A DNA stretch of 64,000 nucleotides from Selaginella moellendorffii (Eukaryota; Plantae; Lycopodiophyta), in assembly GCF_000143415.4 (NCBI RefSeq), contig NW_003314382.1, forward strand, positions 212,210 to 276,209. Reading direction: 5' to 3'. Under the pieces are notes generated by a model. The model ran no database searches and had not been told where the DNA came from. It was given only the letters and a program-made list of their open reading frames with translations. Each line of letters begins with the position of its first letter. The stretch's first letter is position 1. The position numbers were made by a program, and so were the translations under genes. This document shows positions 1 through 11,269 of this stretch, in pieces.

Positions 1-559
1 CTTACAATTCACCATTTGTAAAAAAAATAGTTATATCTATCATTTATTATTATTTGTAATAAAATTGTTGAAGAGTGTTTTACTTCTAATGAATTAAGAT
101 ATTTCTTCACCTTGAGAATATTTTTTTAGTGCACTCTCTAAATGAGAATTAATTTTGCAACAATATTCTTTTACTCAAAATCTTTATATTATTTTTGATG
201 CAATTGTTTTTGCATTTTTACTACATCCTTTAAAGATATCACTGCTAGTGATTGATCTCTTCTAGAAACAATCTTAAAAAATATATTTTTGTTGAGTTTT
301 ACCTCCATAATTAAAAGCCATTTAAATACATTATTATGCTATAACAAAATCTTAAAGTTTATTATCCTCAAAGCTCAACCATTTTCCCATTCTAATCATT
401 CTAATATTTACTTGTGTTTGATTTATCTACTTACCTCTATCTTTTTTTGATAGGTAATGACTCATTTGTTAAGCTAATATAAATAATTAAAAAGAATAAC
501 TCCCTCTTTTTCAATCAATTAAAGTTTATATTTAGTGTCAAAGGGGTCTTTAGTAAGAA

Positions 560-790
560 AAATCATGTTATATGTTAAGATTGACATTTGGCTAGGGAAA
601 TCTTATTATATATTGAAATTGACATTTAACAATTCAATCAAAAGAGCGAACCTTTCGGGTCCGACTTTGTTGGTTGGTTAGGGGAATCACATTATATATT
701 AAATTTGACATTTGGCAATTTAATTAAAAGGTCTCGGGCCCAATTCTGTTGATTGGCTAGGGGAATCATATCACATATTGAGTTTGATAT
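560..790. repeat. Imperfect tandem repeat, ~85 bp unit, about 3 copies
   Basis: Recurring TTGACATTT...GGCTAGGG(G)AATC..ATTATATATT blocks at ~580, ~675 and ~755. Confidence 0.5.
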
Positions 791-797
791 TAAGGGG

Positions 798-1455
798 TGT
801 AATTAAAAAAATCAAGCTCTCAAGAAAGTTATAGCATCCTTTAGGTTTATTTAAATAATACTAATATTTGGCCCCTCTTTTACCCACTTTACACTTGCAT
901 TTCATCCCATCTCCGGCAATGAAGGAATTCAAGCAGTGGCAGCAATACAATGAGAAGGGATCCATCCAATTTTCAAAAAGTTCAACGAAGACTGTTTCTG
1001 AGCTGAGCTAAGAAAAGAAATTAAAAAAAATGAGAGAGAAGAGAGGAGTTCAAAAACCCTAGACCAAGTAAGAAATTTGATATAGCTATGGAAATGTTGT
1101 GCCATGAGCTGCAGGAAATCCAAGCCATGGTGCTGGATCGAATGCACTTTGAGACTGCAAGCTCTAAACTTAGTACATGTGGCAAGCTTTGGTTAGACGA
1201 TGCTGATGTAAGTCTCATTAAGCTAGTTCACAACTTGTTGGGCTAACACCTCGCTTGGGCAAAGATGGGCTTGCCCTACCCATGACCCAATCTTCTGCCA
1301 CTTGTTTTCATGATCTTGCTTCTCATGCCAAAGGAAACCCTAAAACAAAAAGAACATTCATTCCTCTCGTACAAGATTTGTATTACACCTTCAAAGTCTC
1401 ACATCTTGATATACATAAGGGGTTCCTAGAATCATGCCACCATGCTCTAGTAACA
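798..1455 (+). mobile_element. Possible 3' LTR of an LTR retrotransposon
   Basis: Purine run AAGGGG immediately before TGT at 798; segment ends ...TAACA at 1455, just before OMT-cassette homology starts; no partner LTR in the window. Confidence 0.35.
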
Positions 1456-1473
1456 TAGTGATCTGTTCTGACA

Positions 1474-1830
1474 GCTAGATCCAGGCACCATACTGCCTAC
1501 TGTTTCTAAAAGGACAACAGCCTTCTTTAAGCCTGGTTGAAATGTCACTTCCTTGTCTACTGTATTTTAAGATCCATGCTGCCAGACAAAGTCAGAAAAT
1601 ATCCCTGCATGACAAAGTCAAGATACGGGCTTTCACCATCACTGTTGCAACATCTAGATCATCATCAATCTCCAGCAGTGACTTGAATGCTAGCTGCCCA
1701 ACACCGGTAAAACTGAGACGAAAGTTGAAAGAGGCTGAAAACTTTGTGAAGATGCTATATAGAGCGTTCCAGTTTACCATGTCTTCTCTGGACGTAGAGT
1801 CAAAGACCAACCCCCAGTTCTGGACATGAC
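1474..1830 (-). pseudogene. Truncated cassette copy: decayed PPR C-terminus plus promoter and first codons of an OMT
   Basis: ORF 1592-1810 (VFDSTSREDMVNWNAL...GQLAFKSLLEIDDD) matches the end of PPR 14606-17471; the reverse complement of 1474-1491 is ATGGTGCCTGGATCTAGC, identical to the start of the OMT pseudogene at 19690. Confidence 0.85.
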
Positions 1831-1996
1831 TCGTGTTTTAGTTACCTATCCCATTGCCAAAGTGGTAAAATCTCCAGGAAGAATATGATCCAAGCCTGGA
1901 ACTCTTTTATTTTTATCGATGATGCTCGAGTCTATATTGTCAACGGTGACAATAAACTCTAAAATACAATTAGCACAAACATCTTATTCACTTCGT

Positions 1997-3125
1997 TTAG
2001 AGCTTGTAAGCTTCTATAACTTGCTCCTTGGAAGGAACGGACACGAGGGAAACGTTGCCAAAGCCACTGTTCTCGAGCAGCGCTTTGTGTTCTTCAAATC
2101 GCCTGGTCTTGCCACCGTCTGTGAAGCCGATCATAATCATGTCCAGATCCATCTCGAATGGTCTCTCCTTGGAGTATATGAGCTCGATCACTATCAGTTT
2201 GCCTCCTCGTGGCAGAGCTTTGTAGCAATTCGCCAGCATCTTGAGGCAATCCTCGTCGCTAAAATTGATGATTACAGACTGAAGAAACACCACGAAGATC
2301 ATAACGTCAAGGAAAAGAAGACAGAGTACCTTGATAAGAAGAGCATCAGCACTTGGTACACTCTCAAACATGTTGCCTCCCACATGAGCAACACCTGTTA
2401 AGAAAAAACATGAAGAAATCAGAAGAAAATGTGTCTTGAATCTTACCGGGAAAGGCTGGAGCGCTCGAAACGGTGTGAGGGAGATCAAAGTTGACACCTT
2501 CGATGTGGGGATATTTCTCCACGATCTTGCCCATGCACATTCCAAGGCCACCACCAACATCCACGAGCTTCTTCACGTCTTTGAATCCATCGTAGTGCTC
2601 GAGGACGAGGGAGATAGTGACGGTGCTCCATGCGAGCGTAGCCTTGTTGAGCAGCTCCACGTACTCGTCGCCGTGGCCGGGGTCGTGCTCCCAAAGACGA
2701 ACTTTGTTGACCATCTCGTAAGCGTGGCCTCCATCCAGCACCGCTTCGTTCACTTTTTGGAACGCGGCCATGGGATACTCGTGCGTGCACAAGAGCAGGA
2801 GATGGTGCTCTTCCGCGAGCCACTTTGAGATTGGAGTGAGGCCGTAGTACGTTTCTCCATCTTTCTCGATCTTCTCGCTCAGTGCCCGCTTGTGGACCAG
2901 AAACTGGAGGATTCTCTCGAGGAGATCCGGCTGACAGTTCTTGGCATTTGAGAGACGTGACACGATCTGCTTGAGGGAGAGCGGCCCTGCCTTGGAGATC
3001 ATCTCGGGAATGCCAAGCAGCACCACAGCCTTGAGCATGAAAGGAGTCACCAGCGAGAAGATCATGCTCTTGAGATCAAAGTGGCCTTGAGCATCTTCAC
3101 TCATGGTGCTAGATCCAGGCGCCAT
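1997..3125 (-). CDS. COMT-family (plant class II) SAM-dependent methyltransferase-like protein, 3 exons
   Basis: N-terminal dimerisation domain, LVDVGGGLG, NFDLPH, GGNMFESVP, CYKALPRGGKLIVIE motifs; two ~50 bp GT-AG introns at the same positions as in the copy at 17627. Confidence 0.92.
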
Positions 3126-3271
3126 ACTGCCTTCTGCTTCTGAAAGGATGAGAGTAAATGAGAGCCTTCTTTCAGCCTGGTTGAAATGTCACTTCTTTTA
3201 TACTGTATTTTAAGGTCGACGCTGCCAGAACAGCGTGACAAAGTCGGAAAATATCCTTGCGTGACAATATA

Positions 3272-3420
3272 TCTTCATCGGGCTTTCACCATCAATAAAT
3301 AGGCTGCTGCAATATCTCGATCATCACCAAGCTCTAGCAGCGACTCAAACGCTAGCTGCCCAATGCTTGCATTTTTCCACTTGCCACAAGCACCTAGCAC
3401 AGTCCTCCAGCAAAGTCAAA
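3272..3420 (-). pseudogene. PPR C-terminal fragment co-duplicated with the OMT
   Basis: Reverse complement encodes WRTVLGACGKWKNASIGQLAFESLLELGDDRDIAAAYLLMVKAR*, nearly identical to 17337-17471. Confidence 0.88.
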
Positions 3421-3830
3421 TCTACAAGCATTGAAACAATAGGTATCACCCACCCTCCGAAAGTTGGCATGAGAGGTCTCCTGCTCCTTTGCATTAGCAC
3501 TAACCATGGTGGCGGTGGAGTGACCAGCAAGTGTGGAACTTACCTTTACCCCTGGGCTGGTCGTTGCTGATTGCTGCCGCTGCCCATTGGCTCATCACCG
3601 TTCGCTCGCCCCTTGGCTGATCGCCCCTGAAAGGAGACGAACAGCAAACAAGAGTGAGGAAGGAGACGCATCCTTTCCATCAGATTGGCAGATGTTTCGG
3701 AATCGTTATCGTCTACTCAACCAGGCACTCTTTACATGCGTGGGCACCATTCACATGAAGCTAGTATATAAGAAAGAAAGTTTATAAACATGGTTATATG
3801 TTTCTTATTGGATCTAGGGCTTTTGGCGCA

Positions 3831-4235
3831 ATGAGCCAGTGCGGCATTTGCAGTGGCGCGGTCTCCAAGTACAAATGCCCGGGCTGCCTGGTGCCCTACT
3901 GCTCGCTGCAGTGCTTCAAGGATCACAAGGCAGCGCCCTGCACGAAGGTAGCGGCGGCGGAGGAGGAGGAGCAAGCCCAGCTCGTGCAGCCGCCGCGGGA
4001 TTTCGAGAATGGGGATGAATCGCAGGTGGCAACCAGGCTCCGGAGGCAGCAGCTCGAGGCGGTGGCGGCGTCGGAGGAGATCCGCGCCATGCTCAGGAAC
4101 GAGGAGCTCCAGGCGATCGTGAGCAAGATCGATGCGTCGGCCACTGCGGAGAAAGATCTCGACACCGCCATGAATCTGCCGGATTTCAAGGGTTTCGCTG
4201 ACAAGATCCTCGAGGTTATTGCCTCTTTCAGGTAG
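3831..4235 (+). CDS. Zinc finger HIT domain protein (ZNHIT3/Hit1-like)
   Basis: CGIC..SKYKCPGCLVPYCSLQCFKDHK zf-HIT signature and a C-terminal helical region (IRAMLRNEELQAIVSKID...FKGFADKILEVI); single exon. Confidence 0.88.
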   Translation: MSQCGICSGAVSKYKCPGCLVPYCSLQCFKDHKAAPCTKVAAAEEEEQAQLVQPPRDFENGDESQVATRLRRQQLEAVAASEEIRAMLRNEELQAIVSKIDASATAEKDLDTAMNLPDFKGFADKILEVIASFR

Positions 4236-4309
4236 ATCATGCCCTCCACGAGCATCTTAGAGATCTAGAATCGAGTCTTCTCTCTTTCTTGGGGTTTTAC
4301 TGGATAGAA

Positions 4310-5289
4310 ATGGCGTCTTTGGCGATGGCAGCGGCATTCTCTCCTCTACCTCGCGCCAATCTCGCCCCAGGATGGACAGGCTCCTCCATCGCAGTGAGAG
4401 CGCAGGCTAAATCTCCCACGGAGAAGAAAGAGAAGAAGAAGCGCTCGCCGCCATCGTCCTCGTTCTCCTCCTCGTCGGGCAGGCAGAGGGATTTCGAGGA
4501 TGGAATGCTCATCTGGGACGATGTGTTTGAGAAGTGCTGCGAGGATCCGGAGCGCGCGGCGGCATTGATGTCGGTGGCGGAGAGGGGATTGAGAGAGCAC
4601 GGGCGAGGATGCGTCTTCGTCCGGGAGATCGCCAAGGCCGTCTCCAAGGGCGCTGGGACCGGCTTCATGGGTCGATCGAGGCCTCTGGACAGATCCAAGA
4701 AGAAGAAGCCGGCGTTCTACAAATCCGAGAGCTGGAGCGTCGAGTATGTCCCTCGCAAGTTTATCATTGATCCAAAGCTCGCTCCCAGTGAAGAGGAAGG
4801 AGAAGAAGGAAAGGTTATCCCTGATCCGAAGCTCTCTCCTAGTGACGAGCAACCGACACTGCCAACTTCGTCAGGAAGTGAGAACTCGAGTTCTTCCAGC
4901 TCCTCTTCTCAGGTTTGTGTGAGAAATTCCATTCCATCGTTTCGATATTCAATGCTTTCTTGCAGACCACCGAAGATCTCCCGCTTGTTCGTCGCAAGGA
5001 CTTGATGATCGTGCTGAGAGGAATGGACAGAACGAGAGTTTTGAGCTTGACATCCGAGAGGCTGATCAAAGACAGCATCACCGCGAGATCCGTCCAGAAA
5101 ACCAGCGAAGAAGATGAATTCGATGCTGGCGGGGAAGAACCATACATGCCATCGAAGCAAGAGCTCGTGTTACTTCTTCACGTAGATTTCGATGGAATGC
5201 CCTCGGTTGGCGCGGATGTTCTTCAAGCACACTCGACTGGCGATGGCAGGTGGAAGCTCCAGCTGAGAGATTTCCAGCTCTACCAATAG
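4310..5289 (+). CDS. Hypothetical protein, probably plastid-targeted, 2 exons
   Basis: MASLAMAAAFSP...IAVRAQAK transit-peptide-like start; GT-AG intron ~4913-4965 joins the two long ORFs; coding-like GC content. Confidence 0.7.
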
Positions 5290-5343
5290 GTACTTTGGTT
5301 TTTCGCATCGATCAAAAGCTTTTCTAACGGAGAACTTCATGAT

Positions 5344-7170
5344 CTACTGGGTGTAGGTGTTTGAGAGCAGCACATATGAAGAAGCGTGTCCTGGATCCTG
5401 TTTGATCGCTCGCTCGGTGGTTTTGACTGCTCGCCGAGAATCCTTGTGGAGTTTGCAAGCCGAGATCAAAGAGATCCGAGCGGCACGGTCCGGGACGAAG
5501 GGCATGCTCTCAAACAAATCCTCGGCAGCGCCCAGATGCCCAAGACGAGCAAGAATGTCGATCAAGCAGCCGTAGTGCTCGGCGGTGATCGCGAGATTTT
5601 TCCTGTCTGTGGTGACGGAATAGAATTGCCGCAACGCTTCCTTGAGATCGCCCAGATGGCCACAAGCCGTGAGGATTCCTACAAATGTGATCTCGTCGGG
5701 CGAGGCTCCACCGTCTAGCTCCATGAGCCGGAAGAAATTTAGCGCTTGCTGGCCATGCCCCTTCTGGGCAAATGCCTGAATGATCGATGACCAGGCTACC
5801 ACAGTTTGATCTTCCAGCCGCCAAAACGCGCGCTCGATTAGATCCAAACGCGAGTGCCTTGCGTATGCTTGGATCAGCACGGACCAAGACACAGCGTTCC
5901 TTTCGGGCATAGAGTCGAAGATTAAAGCCGCTATTTCCAGATACCCGTTTAGGGCATATGCTTGAAAGAGTGTGGTCCAAGAGATCACATTGCATGAAGG
6001 CATTTGGTGGAAGAATCTCTCGGCCTCCTCCAAATGCCCCGATCTGGAATACGCAGCTAGCAGGGCATTCCAGGCAACGAGACTCCTGTGAGGCATTGAA
6101 TCGAAGAGAGCTCTTGCGTGATCCAGGAGCCCTTTCTCGGCATACGCCACTAGCATTGCCGTCCACGACACCACATCTCTCTCGGGCATTCTGTCAAAGA
6201 GCTCCATGGCTCGATCGAAATCCCCGGCACTGGCAAACGATTGAAGCATTGCATTCCAGGCGACGATATCTCGCCGCTCCATCGCATCAAACACACGCTT
6301 CGCTTGGCCAAGATCCCCAATCTGGGAACACACGACGATCATGGTGGTCTGCGCGATCAAATCCTTCTCTGGCATTGCCGCGAAGAGCTCTTTCGCTAGC
6401 TCAAATTCTCCCGCCATAACGGACGCCTGGATCATCGTGTTCCAAGACACGTGGTCGCGATCGGGCATCGCAACGAACACCGCCCCTGCGCCCGCCACGT
6501 GCCCGGCATTCGCATATGCCGTCAGCATTGCATTCCAGGTGACCGTACTTTTGTACGGCACGGAGTCGAAGATCCTTCTCGTGTCGGGAATGTGCCCGTT
6601 CTGGGAATATGCCGTTAGCATCGCATTCCAGGACGCGATATTCTTCCCGGGCGTGGCGTCGAAGAGCAATCGGGCTAGGGCGACGCGGCCGTGGTGGCCG
6701 CAGGCAGCGATCATCGCGTTCCAGGCGATGGTGTTGCGCCGGGGCATCGATTGGAACAGGCCCCAGGAATCTTGGAAATTCCCGCTCTGGGAATGCGCGG
6801 TGAGCATCGCGGTCCAGGAGACGGTGTTGTGCTGTGGCATCTCGCTGGCGAAGATCTCCTTGGCTTGTTCCAGATGCCCGCGCTCGATGTAGGCCGTGAG
6901 CAAAATATTCCAGGAGAAGATGTTTGGCTCCTCCAGATCGTCAAGAACAGCGCGCGCGCGCTCCAGGCTCCCGCATTTTCCATACATCTCGATGAGGAGG
7001 TTCTCCAGGTGCCGATTGCGCGAGTGTTTGGTTCCAAGGATCTGGGAGTGGAGCTTCTTTGCTTGCGAGAGATCCCTGAAGTGACTGCAAGATTTGACGA
7101 GCTGGAGGCAGAGCTGGAGATCGGCATGGTAGCCTTGCTGCTCGAGAAGATCAATTGATCGCGTGGTCAT
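5344..7170 (-). CDS. PLS-class PPR protein (short-repeat array, E domain)
   Basis: 608 aa intronless; LIEMYGKCGS, repeated F..MP.R..VSW.AML.AY units, PDEITFVGILTACGH, HYGCLIDILARLG; no DYW domain. Confidence 0.95.
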   Translation of the reverse strand: MTTRSIDLLEQQGYHADLQLCLQLVKSCSHFRDLSQAKKLHSQILGTKHSRNRHLENLLIEMYGKCGSLERARAVLDDLEEPNIFSWNILLTAYIERGHLEQAKEIFASEMPQHNTVSWTAMLTAHSQSGNFQDSWGLFQSMPRRNTIAWNAMIAACGHHGRVALARLLFDATPGKNIASWNAMLTAYSQNGHIPDTRRIFDSVPYKSTVTWNAMLTAYANAGHVAGAGAVFVAMPDRDHVSWNTMIQASVMAGEFELAKELFAAMPEKDLIAQTTMIVVCSQIGDLGQAKRVFDAMERRDIVAWNAMLQSFASAGDFDRAMELFDRMPERDVVSWTAMLVAYAEKGLLDHARALFDSMPHRSLVAWNALLAAYSRSGHLEEAERFFHQMPSCNVISWTTLFQAYALNGYLEIAALIFDSMPERNAVSWSVLIQAYARHSRLDLIERAFWRLEDQTVVAWSSIIQAFAQKGHGQQALNFFRLMELDGGASPDEITFVGILTACGHLGDLKEALRQFYSVTTDRKNLAITAEHYGCLIDILARLGHLGAAEDLFESMPFVPDRAARISLISACKLHKDSRRAVKTTERAIKQDPGHASSYVLLSNTYTQ

Positions 7171-7399
7171 TCATGCGCAGCTTCTTTGATTTACGGTGCT
7201 GAGTTGATGCTTTTCGTCAGATATCTACAATATGCGATGGACGTCTTGGATTTGTTCATGGTCACGTTCACAATCCAAGCCACAGTTCTCATGGAAATGT
7301 AAATTCTCGCTTTGATAGAACCATGGAACTTAATTTGTTATATCTTCAGGTGATCATGGCCATGGCGACATACGTCTATAAGCTTATTGAAGTTTTACA

Positions 7400-8150
7400 G
7401 TACTTTTGTGTATGTATATTTATAAGTGATTTTATTTTCTATCTATATATTTATCTATCTATATGTTATTTTGATAGTTTTGTAAAATGTTATTACACTC
7501 CACTCACTAGCCTTGCCTACCCGTCTTCTTTTCCTCAGCCATTCGAGGTCTTTGATTATGGTTGCCTCCATGGCAGGTGTGAGATGCCATCACAGCTCCA
7601 TGCATTTCAGGTAATTGGCAACGGATGAGGTTGTCTCCTTGTTTCTGAGGATTATGTGTATTTCAGCGCTGCAGTTGAAGTCTGGGGAGCGGAATTCGGC
7701 ACAGGGAGGGCAAGCCTTGAGTGTGTGCATGAATGTCTCTGTGTCTTCTGCACAGATAGAGATGTCGTGGAAGTTTTCCCTGTCCGCAGCATCCGAGTTC
7801 AATCAGGAGGCTGTGGCTTCCTGTCTGGTACTAGGCAATGGTGTCTACTCCATGTCCAATCCAAAAGTTTTGTCTGGGTTTATCTCCTGGCAATAAAGGT
7901 AATATTTCGTGAAGTGTTTTCTGGCATGTATCCATGTGTGCATTGCTTTGTTCAAGATCCTCTTCATGTGCACTGAGAATGTCATTGAGATCCATGCCAA
8001 ACTTCTGTGTCAACATCTCCATGTCATGCCATTGAGAGTTGAGACTTGCTTGATCTGTGAGCATGCCATATGGTATGAAGTGAGTTTTACAGAGGTATTG
8101 GATTGTACATCACTATGCCATGATCTCTAGTGCAGCTTCTATGAAGAGGA
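7400..8150 (-). mobile_element. Degenerate non-LTR retrotransposon (LINE) 3' end
   Basis: Minus-strand translation across a stop and a frameshift gives TIA*YQTGSHSLLIELG...ICAEDTETFMHTLKACPPCAEFR, resembling the LINE ORF2 C-terminal Zn-knuckle region; an (ATAG)n-like tail follows at ~7435-7465. Confidence 0.55.
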
Positions 8151-8699
8151 TGGGGAGTGCTGTTTTGGGTGGAGATGCCGAGTTTGTCCAAAATGAAAGT
8201 TGATGTGATAGTTTCCAGGTTTCCCCACTGCTTTTTAGAAAGTCCTACATGTCTGGATTATTTTTATGAGAAAATATGTCTTCTTCAGTCACTCATGCTT
8301 TTCTACAATCCTATTGCATTATATAATAGATGCATTGACCTAGACACCTTTGAAACAAAAGAGTGAATTTTAGGCTAACTTCCCAGCCCTTAAGGCATGA
8401 TGCCTTTAAATCCTATAGACCATAGGATAGTCCTGTGGTTCATGTCATTCTCCCCTCTCTCATGAACTAGTCATAAATGGTAGCCTCAAGAAGCTAAATC
8501 AGTTTTATATAAAGGGAATCCAAAACAATATGGTTATAGAGAAAAAATGTGTAAATGGCAACACCAACATTGTGACAAACAGCCATAAAAGAAAGAAAGT
8601 AATATGGCTTTCTCACATGATAATATGGTCATGGAAACAAGAAAATAAAAATAGAATAAATAGCTCAAATTATATAGCAATATAGATAAAACTTAAGTT

Positions 8700-10190
8700 T
8701 CCCCTTTCTTAGAGGAATGTCATCCAAGTTATAACCAAAACTTAGCAACATTTTCTTCACATCATCCTTGGTTTTTCATGTAGTTTTATCTATGGAATAA
8801 CAATTCTATTAAACCAATAACTCCTAAGTTGTTTTATGGCATGTTTTCACCAATTTTTGAGCAAAAATATTAGATCATCCTTATCAACATTAATCTTTAA
8901 GATTTGGATAATGGATTGATCCATGATATCACCAGAGTGTTAACATGCTTTAAGCTTGCTTATATGGAATATTGGATAAATTTTCAAACTAGTTAACAAG
9001 TCCAAAGTGTAAACAAAATCCTTCATGCACTATAAAATTGTCCAAGGCCCACAATACTATAGAGATAATTTAATATTGCCACTTTGTTATGCATTTGACA
9101 ATTTAAGGAAAACTTTGTCCCCAACTTTATACTTCTAATGATGATAATGCTCATTGTCTTATGTCTCATATTCAATTTTGCCAACTTTTGTATATCCTTC
9201 AAGAAATCACAAATATGAGACATCCGAACCAAAGCTAAACTCAAACTCATAGGAGACCTATGTTTATAGCCATACATCACCATGAATGGAGACATGCTAA
9301 TAGACAATTAATAAGTGCTATTGTGAGCAAATTTGAGCAAAAACAAATACTTTTCTTATACTTCCTAGCAAATCAAGTTTGCCATAAAAGAGATTAATAT
9401 ATCTTCTAACAATTGATTTATATGCTATGTTTGCCCATATGACTATAGATGTTTACCACTATTTATACTAAGTTTAGCTTCTAGTTTCTCAAATACTATT
9501 TATCAAATAAACTTGCTAAACCAATCACTTATATATCACTTAACAAACCATAGAAACTAAATAATTAGTCTACAAACAGCTGAGCAAATTCAAGAGCTTT
9601 AATTGCCATCTTCATTAGGAAAAAGTGAAGATTATTTTCATCAAATGATCTACAACTACCTAAATAGCATCATTTCCATGAAAGGCTTTGGGCAAGCTAG
9701 TGATAAAGTTCATCAAAAATGTTATTCCATTTATCCTTTGATACATATGGAGGATGATAAAGGTTAATAAACTTCTGATGATTATAGTAGGTTAAACAAC
9801 CATGTATATACTTCTCAACATCTAACTTCATCCTAGGTTAAACTAAATGCTTCTTCACCAACATATAAATTCCCCCAGATGCCTAACACTTAGCATATCA
9901 TGACACTCAATAAAAATTTGTTTAATGAATTTATCAACACAAGGAACCACCACACATCCCTTCTTCATTAGGATTCTATCTTATATCTCAAATGATACAT
10001 TTGTCACCCTTCAAATCTATAGAGGTGTCCCTTGAAAAAGCCTTCATATGAATATCGGTGATAAAAGAGTCAAAGTCAGTAAACTCCTTAAGTTCATCCA
10101 AAAGATTTTTGGATAGCTTCATGAACAAAATAAAATTCATCATCTTAAATAATGCATCAGCCACTTTATTTTCACCACCAATAGTGATAT
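8700..10190 (-). mobile_element. Decayed Ty3/gypsy (chromovirus-like) pol remnant
   Basis: GGENKVADAL (end of RNase H), SPFMVMYGYKHRSP (integrase C-terminus), ELLV**NCYSIDKTT*K (chromodomain with Trp codons turned to stops); many stops, AT-rich. Confidence 0.8.
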
Positions 10191-10199
10191 CTTTAGAGG

Positions 10200-11260
10200 A
10201 CATAGCAAGGATGACTCCAAAGCAAAGGCAACTATATCAAAAGCAATATGAGGAATTTGAGTAGAAAGATATTCTCAAGGTGATGAATGTCATATTCAAT
10301 AGAAATGTGACACACTCTTCAACAATAGAACTGTTAATGGTTAAGAGTGGTAGAGATGAGTAGTTTTTGACAGATGGTGAATTGCAAGCAAGGAGATCAA
10401 GAAAAAGCTCATGATTACAATAAGAAGATGATTCTTTTCAGTGATAACCTTCAAAGTATGAAGTTGGGTTTTTTAAATGCCATTGGAACTTTGTTGATTC
10501 TTGGATTGAATGAAAAGTTTCAGAAGGCCAGATTAGAGCTCCAGACAACTCACACACAACCAAATCTTGATCAAGTCATCACCAACATTCATCATTATAT
10601 AAATTTGAGTGACATTTTTTATGATAAAAACAACCTTGGAAGATAGTAAGGACTAGTAGAAAGAAAAGGAGATTGATGGCTTTAGTTGCAAGAATGTTAA
10701 AGTGCTTCTCCAATAAATGATTCAAGACGTCTGGGAATTCAATGGAGCAAACTTGCATGAAGCACGGAAATTTGTAATGAATGTTGTGGGTTTAAACATC
10801 TTCCAATTCTCTAAGTTCACAAGATGATTGTAAATGTAAAATACTAATTGCCACTCTTGCAATAATAGACTACAATGAACATGATGATTTCTTGGAAGAT
10901 ATTTTAAGTTTTGAGGACTTATCTAGTTTTCACACAAATGATGCTGAGATTGGGAAGTGTCAGAATTTAAGTTAGCTTCTGGATAGTGGAGCTACACACC
11001 TCAGATAGAGCTCTCTTTTGTCAAATAAGATATAGGAAGTTCTTAATGTCTATAAGTATTGGAAGTGGTGAGGATTTATGAATAATTGCTTTTGGTACAA
11101 TCTATTTTCCCATTTTCAGTCTTGAGATTACTAATGTTTTATATGTCCCGAAGCTTGTTCATCATCTTTTATCTATCTCTTTAGAACAAGGAATCTATAT
11201 GTTTTTTCATATGACAAGGTTCTCACTTATCTTTTTTTAATGCTCCTTGAACCTATACAC
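10200..11260 (+). mobile_element. Decayed Ty1/copia gag-protease remnant
   Basis: Gag-like CKQGDQEKAHDY...LLILGLNEKF; protease LLDSGATH at ~10975-11000; ITNVLYVPKLVHHLLSIS at ~11125-11180. Confidence 0.78.
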
Positions 11261-11269
11261 TGAAGGACT

